From an uncultured Candidatus Saccharibacteria bacterium (lineage in GTDB: Bacteria; Patescibacteriota; Minisyncoccia; Phycocordibacterales; UBA9973), in NCBI GenBank assembly GCA_964441495.1, contig CAYTXV010000002.1, forward strand, positions 9,168-73,167: a stretch of DNA of 64,000 nucleotides, read 5' to 3'. Position 1 is the first letter of the stretch; the number at the start of each line of letters is the position of its first letter. The position numbers and the translations under genes are program-made. The notes under the pieces were generated by a model that saw nothing but the letters and a program-made list of their open reading frames with translations, had not been told where the DNA came from and searched no databases. Positions 53,610 through 60,912 of this stretch are shown here, piece by piece.

Positions 53610-54968
53610 ATGAAGCACAACATTGGTACATCTATAAAACTCGTCATCATCGGACTCTTGGTTGCAGGAACAATCAGCTATGTCTCCGCAACAGAGTGGG
53701 TGCCTCGTCCTGTCAACCCTCCAAATAACAACAGGCCAACACTTCTTAATGTTGGTAGTACTCGACAAGTGAAAATAGGCGGGTTCGCGCTTGGTTCGTT
53801 TAATACACTTCAAGGTGCTCAGTTTAATTCAACACTACACCTTGCTGGTATGGTACGAGGAGGTACCCCAGATATGGTAAATTCTGTTGTCTACTTTGGA
53901 CAAGATGCAGGAGTTGCACCATTTGTTGATTCTCTTGTAGAGGGGGGCTTGTTTGCAAAAAAGGGGCTTCGTGCGGGATCGCTTTCAAACTATAGCAATA
54001 AAGCCGTATGCGCAAATATAGAGGGTAAACTCATGCTTTGTGACTCAGGAGGTGTTCCGTTTGTAGGTCTTGGGGCATTTCCAAACCCTGTTTCTTCTGG
54101 AAGCACCACACAACTTTCTGTTACTGCAAAAAAGTTCGATACGATAAGTAGTTGCGTGATCGATCAAGGTGTGGGTGCGGTTAGTATGACTCAGGTAGCA
54201 ACAGGTACATGGCAGGGTACGATATCATCAACACCTATTACTACGCCTACTATATTTACTGTTGAGTGTACAGGAACATCTTCTGGTATACCTACCACCT
54301 TGTCAGCAACTCGTTTTGTAGGTATCACCAATGCAACTTCTGGATACTACGCCCACTGTTTCATTGCAGATACTCAGGTCACCATGGCTGATGGTTCCAA
54401 GAAAAACATTCAAGATGTGAAAATCGGTGATGTGCTCAAGGGCGAGACAACCAACAATACAGTCCTCGGGTATCATCAGCCAACACTCGATGACGGCAAG
54501 TTGTATGGGTTCAACGGTGGGGAAGCGTTTGTAACCGCAGAACACCCGTTCATGACAACCGAAGGGTGGAAGTCTATCAATCCAGAAAAGACGCGCAGAG
54601 AACACATCGGTCTACTTGTGAACAAGCTTGAACTTGGTGATGTTCTTGTAACAGAAAAAGGATTGGTCACCGTCAAAAGTATCGAGAGTAAAGATGCTCC
54701 AAGTACCACCAAGCTGTACAACTTTATCCTCGACGGTGATCACACGTACTATGCTGATGGGTACCTTGTGCACAACAAAGAAATCTGTAACCAACAGTAC
54801 GCATGTGGTGAAAATATGATCTGTATCGATGGAGATGGTATGGCTACTCCAGGCGCCGGCTCCTGCTCACTTCCTTGTGATCCAAGCGATCCAATTACTG
54901 AGGGGGGTGTTTGTAAGCCAGGAGATGTCCTTACTTGCTCTCCACAAGGAATTAAGGTTTGTCTATAA
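53610..54968 (+). CDS. secreted protein with an internal Hint (bacterial intein-like) domain and a Cys-rich C-terminal tail
   Basis: 452 aa. The N-terminal module reads WVPRPVNPPNNNRPTLLNVGSTRQVKIGGFAL. The Hint domain spans 54357..54776: CFIADTQVTMADGSKKNIQDVKIGDVL ... TAEHPF ... HTYYADGYLVHN, followed by K rather than C/S/T. A 64-aa tail with 9 Cys follows. Confidence 0.75.
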   Translation: MKHNIGTSIKLVIIGLLVAGTISYVSATEWVPRPVNPPNNNRPTLLNVGSTRQVKIGGFALGSFNTLQGAQFNSTLHLAGMVRGGTPDMVNSVVYFGQDAGVAPFVDSLVEGGLFAKKGLRAGSLSNYSNKAVCANIEGKLMLCDSGGVPFVGLGAFPNPVSSGSTTQLSVTAKKFDTISSCVIDQGVGAVSMTQVATGTWQGTISSTPITTPTIFTVECTGTSSGIPTTLSATRFVGITNATSGYYAHCFIADTQVTMADGSKKNIQDVKIGDVLKGETTNNTVLGYHQPTLDDGKLYGFNGGEAFVTAEHPFMTTEGWKSINPEKTRREHIGLLVNKLELGDVLVTEKGLVTVKSIESKDAPSTTKLYNFILDGDHTYYADGYLVHNKEICNQQYACGENMICIDGDGMATPGAGSCSLPCDPSDPITEGGVCKPGDVLTCSPQGIKVCL

Positions 54969-54973
54969 AATAT

Positions 54974-55423
54974 ATGAAAAAATATCAAGTCATCATTACT
55001 ATATGTGCGATCGCGATTCTAGGATTCACTGCTGTTCGAGCAGAATGGTCTGATCCACAGTCTGGAGAAGGTAGCGATACTGTGTACATACCAGTAAACT
55101 CAAGTTCTGCTCTTCAAATAAAAACCGAGGGACTTGCTGTCGGGGGAACGTTTCTTGTAACCGATAACGCACAGTTTGACCAGGGTGTATTTATACCCGA
55201 AACAGCGACAATTTTCGGAGGAGATCCTTTATATGTTACGCAAGGAACTCCAAACAATCCTTCTCCTAGAACTATTTACTTTGGTGGTCCAAACAATGAG
55301 GTGGGTATTGAAGCAAACGGTACTTTTTATGTCAGAAATGAAATTACAACTCCTACACTCTCTAACACAACATTAAAACAAGTCTGTGCCGATCAGTACG
55401 GATACCTCAGTCTCTGTCAGTAA
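54974..55423 (+). CDS. small secreted hypothetical protein with the same N-terminal module
   Basis: 149 aa from MKKYQVIITICAIAILGFTAVRA, then EWSDPQSGEGSDTVYIPVNSSSALQIKTEGLAV. Confidence 0.5.
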   Translation: MKKYQVIITICAIAILGFTAVRAEWSDPQSGEGSDTVYIPVNSSSALQIKTEGLAVGGTFLVTDNAQFDQGVFIPETATIFGGDPLYVTQGTPNNPSPRTIYFGGPNNEVGIEANGTFYVRNEITTPTLSNTTLKQVCADQYGYLSLCQ

Positions 55424-55434
55424 ACGATAGCCAC

Positions 55435-55460
55435 AAAAACCGCTCGATTGAGCGGTTTTT
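55435..55460 (+). terminator. intrinsic terminator
   Basis: aaaaaccgctc-gatt-gagcggttttt. Confidence 0.8.
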
Positions 55461-55465
55461 GCTTG

Positions 55466-55474
55466 TGCTATACT
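55466..55474 (+). promoter_or_regulatory. extended -10 box TGcTATACT, 7 nt upstream of the tpiA ATG at 55482
   Basis: cttgTGcTATACTcatgcgtATG. Confidence 0.45.
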
Positions 55475-55481
55475 CATGCGT

Positions 55482-56234
55482 ATGAACTATCTTGTTGCAA
55501 ACTGGAAAATGGCACCCGAGACGCTCGGTGAAGCGCTTCGCCTTGCCAAGGCAACAACATCGCTTGCCAAAACATACAAAAAATCCCTCACAACTATCGT
55601 TGCTACGCCGTACTTGTATATCCCATCTATCATTGCAAAGCACCGCACGCTTGCTATAGCCGTACAAGATGTTAGTACCGCAACAACAGTAGCGGCAACC
55701 GGATCGATCGGTGCCTCTATACTCAAAGCAAACAAGGTTGGGTACTGTATCATCGGACACTCGGAGTGTCGCGCACAAGGTGATACAAACGAAATAGTAA
55801 AGACAAAATTTGACCTACTCCTTGAAAAAAAGATTGTTCCTATCTTATGTGTCGGAGAGCGGGTTCGTGACGAGCAAGGGTGGTACTTGAGTGGTATCAA
55901 GGATCAGATAGAAACAGCGTTTGCTGGTGTACCCAAGCAGACGCTCAAACGTGTCATCATCGCATATGAACCAGTATGGGCGATTGGCGCCGATGCTGTG
56001 CGCGAAGCGACACCGGTGGAGTGTCGTGAAATGATCATGTTTATCCGTAAACTCCTCAGTGATCTCTATGATCACAAAACCGCCGAGCAGGTTGCGATCC
56101 TCTACGGTGGTTCAGTATCCGAAGATAATGCAAAACTGTTTGTCGAGGAAGGACAGGCGGACGGACTGCTTGTCGGGCGAGTCAGTCTCGATAGTAAACG
56201 GCTAACCAAACTCGCGGCACGTATGAGTGCATAA
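55482..56234 (+). CDS. tpiA: triosephosphate isomerase
   Basis: MNYLVANWKM..., IIGHSECR, AYEPVWAIG, YGGSV. An alternative ATG lies at 55476. Confidence 0.9.
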   Translation: MNYLVANWKMAPETLGEALRLAKATTSLAKTYKKSLTTIVATPYLYIPSIIAKHRTLAIAVQDVSTATTVAATGSIGASILKANKVGYCIIGHSECRAQGDTNEIVKTKFDLLLEKKIVPILCVGERVRDEQGWYLSGIKDQIETAFAGVPKQTLKRVIIAYEPVWAIGADAVREATPVECREMIMFIRKLLSDLYDHKTAEQVAILYGGSVSEDNAKLFVEEGQADGLLVGRVSLDSKRLTKLAARMSA

Positions 56235-56239
56235 CATAT

Positions 56240-57367
56240 ATGAAAACAGTTTCTCAACTTCCCAAACTTACTGGCGCTCGTGTCCTTGTGCGTGTGGACT
56301 ACAACGTCCCATTTGTCGGCACCAAGATCCGCGATACGCGTCGTATCGATGCGAGCTTTGATACGATACGCGCGGTGATCAAAAAGGGTGGCACTCCTGT
56401 ACTTGTAGCACACCTTGCAGATGCTACAGCGAGCCTTCGCCCTGTTGCGACATACTTGTCCAAGACATTCAAGACAGTATTTGTCACGCACGACCTCACC
56501 GATGCACGCATCATCGAGATACTCCAAGAGGTACCACGCGGCACTGTGGTACTCCTCGAAAACATCCGACGTTATGAAGGAGAAACTGCAAACGTTGCAT
56601 CGTTTGCAAAAGCACTTGCTCGACTTGCACAGATGTACGTCAACGATGCGTTTTCTGTATCACACCGAGCACATGCTTCTGTTGTGGGGGTCCCTCGATA
56701 CCTCGAGTCGTACGCTGGACTTCAACTTGTTCGCGAGGTCAAAGCACTCACGAGCGCAGTACAGAACACCAAGCATCCATTTGTGTGTATCCTCGGAGGG
56801 GCAAAGTTTGCAACCAAGATCCCACTCCTCAAACGTTTTGTCGAAACTGCAGACAAGCTCGTCATCACTGGTGCGATCCTCAACAACTTCTACCAAGTCG
56901 CAGGATTTGAAGTAGGTAATTCGGTTGTCGAAGAAGGGTACGATACGCCGATCAAGAAACTCCTCAAAAACGAAAAGGTGCTCCTCCCAGTTGACCTCGT
57001 CGTTGTCCGCGGTACCAAAAAGGTCGTAGTGACTCCGCTTGAAGTCGCACCTGCTGACGTGATCGTCGACATTGGTCCGCAGAGTATCGATCTCATCAAC
57101 CGAGAGGTTGCAAAAGCAAAGCTTGTCGTGTGGAACGGCCCGACAGGTTGGTATGAGAAAAGATTTGATAAAGGCACAATCGCAGTTGCTGATGCTATCC
57201 TCGCATCTCGCACAAAGGCAGTGATCGGCGGGGGAGATACTGGGGCTGTTGTTGAGAAACGACTTATAGGCAAAGAAACCGCACGCGTTTTTGTCTCAAC
57301 AGGTGGTGGTGCTACACTCGACTTTTTGAGCGTGGGGACGCTCCCGGGGATCAAGGCACTCAAGTAG
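56240..57367 (+). CDS. pgk: phosphoglycerate kinase
   Basis: 375 aa with RVDYNVP, AHLADA..., VLLENIR and GGGDT. Confidence 0.9.
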   Translation: MKTVSQLPKLTGARVLVRVDYNVPFVGTKIRDTRRIDASFDTIRAVIKKGGTPVLVAHLADATASLRPVATYLSKTFKTVFVTHDLTDARIIEILQEVPRGTVVLLENIRRYEGETANVASFAKALARLAQMYVNDAFSVSHRAHASVVGVPRYLESYAGLQLVREVKALTSAVQNTKHPFVCILGGAKFATKIPLLKRFVETADKLVITGAILNNFYQVAGFEVGNSVVEEGYDTPIKKLLKNEKVLLPVDLVVVRGTKKVVVTPLEVAPADVIVDIGPQSIDLINREVAKAKLVVWNGPTGWYEKRFDKGTIAVADAILASRTKAVIGGGDTGAVVEKRLIGKETARVFVSTGGGATLDFLSVGTLPGIKALK

Positions 57368-57647
57368 TTTGCCCAAGCATCCGTCGTCCTGTATACTCCT
57401 TTAAACAAGTAGATAGTCCTGAAAAGCCATATAGTTGTATTGCTCACCAATATCCGAAGAGCCCTGGAGTGTCCCCAGGGCTTTCGCTTGCTTTATTTTT
57501 TAAGTGTGCTATACTACAAGAGGTTTTTCATAGGATATTGGACAAAAACGGGGCGAGATTTCTATCTCAGCCCATTCTTTTAAAGAAAATAAAGCTCAAT
57601 ATATTTATTTGGGGGTTAGTAAGTGAGGACAGAACGTTCTTACTTGA

Positions 57648-57674
57648 CCGGTGATGTTTATCACCGGCCTTTTT
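57648..57674 (+). terminator. intrinsic terminator ending an apparently non-coding plus-strand transcript
   Basis: ccggtgat-gttt-atcaccgg followed by ccTTTTTaTTTT. A T-run is present only on the plus strand. Confidence 0.65.
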
Positions 57675-58083
57675 ATTTTGTGTTGACCGCACTTACTATT
57701 TTGTCTGCGTAGGATTGTGCCTCCTCGGTAGAGTCGTATGGTGTGTGTGGGCGGGTGGTTTGTACTACTGTTTCACTTAAAAACCGCGGGATGAGGTGTA
57801 CGTGTAGGTGTGGTACTTCGTTGCCGACGACGCCGATCTGCACATAATCGCAAGGGAGTCCTGCGCGCATCGCGTTGATGAGCGTCTTTGCTTTGACAAA
57901 GAGTGCTGCAACGAGCTCGTCTGGTGCTTCGTGGATCCATGCGTAGTGCTCTTTGGGGATGAGGAGAGTGTGTCCTTTTGCTACAGGGCTGATATCGAGA
58001 AATGCGAGAAATTGCTCGTCTTCATAAACTTTTGTCGCAGGTATCTCTCCGCGAATGATTTTGCCAAATACGGTGTCGTTCAT
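57673..58083 (-). CDS. HIT-family nucleotide hydrolase
   Basis: 136 aa from MNDTVFGKIIRGEIPA, with the histidine triad HLHVHLIP. The track ORF (to 58263) is over-extended across the recJ start. Confidence 0.85.
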   Translation of the reverse strand: MNDTVFGKIIRGEIPATKVYEDEQFLAFLDISPVAKGHTLLIPKEHYAWIHEAPDELVAALFVKAKTLINAMRAGLPCDYVQIGVVGNEVPHLHVHLIPRFLSETVVQTTRPHTPYDSTEEAQSYADKIVSAVNTK

Positions 58084-58089
58084 GCATAG

Positions 58090-58104
58090 AGTATATGGTA
58101 GAAT
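58090..58104. promoter_or_regulatory. face-to-face divergent -10 boxes for the HIT gene (minus, TATACT at 58095..58090) and recJ (plus, TGgTAGAAT at 58096..58104)
   Basis: The whole intergenic region is 28 bp. Each -10 box lies 6-7 nt from its ATG (58083 and 58112). Confidence 0.45.
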
Positions 58105-58111
58105 TTGACCC

Positions 58112-59770
58112 ATGCAACCCACGCTCCCGACACCTGCCGACCTTACGCAGTTGTTGATCGATCGGCTCGGACTCTCTGATCCCAAAGCGTTTCTCGAACC
58201 TGAGTATACACTTGGCGATCTGTTTGCATTTGCTGACATGGAGCGTGCGATCGAGCGACTCAAGAGGGCCGTAGATACTGGTGAGCAGATCGGTATCTAT
58301 GCTGACTATGACTGTGACGGTATCCCGGGCGCAGTCGTACTTGTTGATCTTTTCAAGAAGCTCGAGGTTATGGATCGCGTACATATATACATACCCGATC
58401 GCCACGATGAGGGGTATGGGGTGAGCGCGCTCGGCATCGATGCGCTCGAAGCAAAAAGGGTGACGCTCATGATCACGGTTGATGTGGGGATCACAGCACT
58501 CGCTGAGATAGCCGATGCACAGAGTCGTGGTATCGATGTGATCCTGACCGATCACCATCAACCACTTCCAGAGTTCCCGGCATCGTACGCGGTTGTGCAC
58601 CCTGCAAAAGGAACGTATCCCAACCAAGATCCGTGTGGTGCTGCAGTTGCGTTTTATCTTGTATGCGCATTTCTCGATCGGTTTCGAGATGTGTATGGTG
58701 TGTCGGAAGGATGGGAGAAGTGGCTGCTTGACCTTGTTGGGTTTGCGACGCTTTCAGATATGGTGCCGCTCACTGGTGAGAACCGCATGCTCGCATACTA
58801 CGGCCTCCATGTCATGAAGAAAACTCGTCGCATCGGCTTACGACTTCTCCTTGAGAAAAACAACATATATCTACACAACATCACCGAAACCGATCTCACG
58901 TTTACGCTTGCGCCGAGGCTCAATGCAGCATCTCGCATGGATACACCCATGCTTGCGTTTACACTCCTTGCAACAGATGACCCTACAGAAGCAAAAGAGA
59001 TCGTTGGTAAACTCGAAGAGATCAACACACTACGCAAGACACTCGTCGCGCAGATCACCAAATCTGCGCATGCAAGTCTCGAACACCGCGCGCTCGCAGG
59101 TACGCTCCGAGATATCGTCGTCATCGGCAACGCAGAGTGGCGACCTGCGGTACTTGGACTTGTCGCCAACAAGCTCGTTGAAACGTACAGCAAAAGCTTC
59201 TTTGTTTGGGGAGAAGCAGGGGACGGTACGATCAAGGGTTCGTGTCGCATGATCGATGAACACCATGCGGCACTCCTCTTCCAAGCACTTCCCGAAGGAG
59301 CCATACTTCACGCTGGTGGACACCAGGCAGCAGGAGGATTTGCAGTTGCCAAAGAACAGATTCATTTCCTTGAAGACGCACTCAATGACGCTGTCGCCAA
59401 AGTTGATCACAATGGCAAAGACACTGGCACGCTCGATACAATCTCGGTTCCACTCGCATCCTCTACTACGCGACACCTCTCGGTCGTGCGGAAGTTCGCA
59501 CCGTTTGGTGTGGGTAACACAGAACCGCTTTTCTTATTTAAGGATGTTACGATCGTCAGCACAAAAATGTTTGGCAAAGCCAAAGAACACATCGAGTGCG
59601 TCGTGCGCGACACGACAGGCACCGCAACCGCATTCACGTTCTTTGCAACAGACGCACTCATACAAAAGCTTGCGCCGAACGAAACCGTGTCACTGATAGG
59701 TACACTCGAAGCAGGATGGAGAGGGGGGGTGCGGGTGCGGATCAAGGATTGCCAAAAAAACAATATATAG
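58112..59770 (+). CDS. recJ: single-stranded-DNA-specific exonuclease RecJ
   Basis: 552 aa with the DHH motifs IYADYDCDGI, VDVG and ILTDHH, plus the DHHA1 motif GGHQAAGG. Confidence 0.9.
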   Translation: MQPTLPTPADLTQLLIDRLGLSDPKAFLEPEYTLGDLFAFADMERAIERLKRAVDTGEQIGIYADYDCDGIPGAVVLVDLFKKLEVMDRVHIYIPDRHDEGYGVSALGIDALEAKRVTLMITVDVGITALAEIADAQSRGIDVILTDHHQPLPEFPASYAVVHPAKGTYPNQDPCGAAVAFYLVCAFLDRFRDVYGVSEGWEKWLLDLVGFATLSDMVPLTGENRMLAYYGLHVMKKTRRIGLRLLLEKNNIYLHNITETDLTFTLAPRLNAASRMDTPMLAFTLLATDDPTEAKEIVGKLEEINTLRKTLVAQITKSAHASLEHRALAGTLRDIVVIGNAEWRPAVLGLVANKLVETYSKSFFVWGEAGDGTIKGSCRMIDEHHAALLFQALPEGAILHAGGHQAAGGFAVAKEQIHFLEDALNDAVAKVDHNGKDTGTLDTISVPLASSTTRHLSVVRKFAPFGVGNTEPLFLFKDVTIVSTKMFGKAKEHIECVVRDTTGTATAFTFFATDALIQKLAPNETVSLIGTLEAGWRGGVRVRIKDCQKNNI

Positions 59771-59790
59771 TATAGTTTTGAAAAACTAAA

Positions 59791-60102
59791 ATGAATACAA
59801 CAAGTACTATTGGACTAGGAAAAACCTTAGGATCAATTCGTCGATTGTCTGGCATAAAACAAAAAGTATTTGCTCAAAAGATAGGTATATCGACAGCGTA
59901 TCTTTGTCAGGTTGAAAAAGAACGCCGAGTACCGAGTCTTGCGCTACTTATATCTTTTGCAGAAGCCCTAAATACAACTCTTGAAGCTGTTCTTATTGAA
60001 TGGCATAAAATAAACAACCCGGAAGTAGAATATTCTTCTGAAGAATGGGGGGAAATAAAAAATGTAATAGGTGATTGTGTAAATCTATTGGTTGCCAGAT
60101 AA
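59791..60102 (+). CDS. XRE-family helix-turn-helix transcriptional regulator
   Basis: 103 aa with LGSIRRLSGIKQKVFAQKIGISTAYLCQVEKERRVPSL. Confidence 0.75.
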   Translation: MNTTSTIGLGKTLGSIRRLSGIKQKVFAQKIGISTAYLCQVEKERRVPSLALLISFAEALNTTLEAVLIEWHKINNPEVEYSSEEWGEIKNVIGDCVNLLVAR

Positions 60103-60132
60103 GTAAGGAGTTCATTCAAAGAGCTCCTTTTT

Positions 60133-60141
60133 TGTTATACT
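60133..60141 (+). promoter_or_regulatory. extended -10 box TGtTATACT, 6 nt upstream of the rnhA ATG
   Basis: ttTGtTATACTacccctATG. Confidence 0.45.
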
Positions 60142-60147
60142 ACCCCT

Positions 60148-60873
60148 ATGAAATCTACAATCACACTCTATACCGACGGCGCATCACGGGGCAATCCTGG
60201 TCCTGGAGGGTGGGCGGCAGTCATCATCTCTGACAAAGAAGTCGTCGAGCTTGCTGGTGCAAAGAATCCTGCAACCAACAACCAGATGGAGCTCGAGGCG
60301 GTCATCCAAGGACTTGCATATATTGAGAAAAAATTTGGAACAGTAACTGTCGAGCTCCATGCAGACTCGCGCTATGTGCTAAGCGGTATCGAAAGCTGGA
60401 TCGACGGGTGGGTGAAAAAAGGATGGGTGACCATGACCAAAAAGCCGGTCGAAAATAAACCGCAATGGATGAAGCTGATGAAGCTTCGCGATGCATTTGG
60501 TCGTAAACTCTCGCTTACCAAAGTCGATGGGCACTCGGGGCACACGTACAACGATCGCTGTGATGAACTCGCGGTTGCTGCAGCGCTGGGCAAAAAGCCG
60601 AAACTCTTTAGGGGAAGTGTAAAAGATTATGAGGCGCAACTCGGCGATACGCCACCCGCATCTCCTGTAAAAAAATCAAGCTCAAGTAGCAAAAACAAAG
60701 GTACTGCATACTCATACGTTGCACTTGTCGATGGCAAGGTCTATGTCGACAAAGACTGGGCAACCTGCGAGAAGCGTGTGAAAGGCAAAAACGCAAAGTT
60801 CAAAAAAGTATTTTCAAAAGAAGAAGAAACCGCACTCGTCCAAGACTACACACTCGCTGCACTGCTCGGATAA
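60148..60873 (+). CDS. rnhA: ribonuclease HI with a C-terminal hybrid-binding (Cauli_VI/HBD-like) domain
   Basis: The N-terminal 150 aa read ITLYTDGASRGNPGPGGWAAVI...NNQMELEA...DSRYV...HSGHTYNDRCDELA. After an S/K-rich linker comes YSYVALVDGKVYVDKDWATCEKRVKGKNAKFKKVFSKEEE. Confidence 0.85.
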   Translation: MKSTITLYTDGASRGNPGPGGWAAVIISDKEVVELAGAKNPATNNQMELEAVIQGLAYIEKKFGTVTVELHADSRYVLSGIESWIDGWVKKGWVTMTKKPVENKPQWMKLMKLRDAFGRKLSLTKVDGHSGHTYNDRCDELAVAAALGKKPKLFRGSVKDYEAQLGDTPPASPVKKSSSSSKNKGTAYSYVALVDGKVYVDKDWATCEKRVKGKNAKFKKVFSKEEETALVQDYTLAALLG

Positions 60874-60912
60874 CTTCATAAAAATTTGAACTCGATACAC
60901 TAGAGTACACTC

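Noticed and set aside
57469-57654. 61-aa plus-strand ORF between pgk and the HIT gene
   Set aside because: It starts with GTG inside the pgk terminator hairpin, upstream of the only plausible promoter. It has no RBS or leaderless geometry and is low-complexity. The region is better explained as non-coding.
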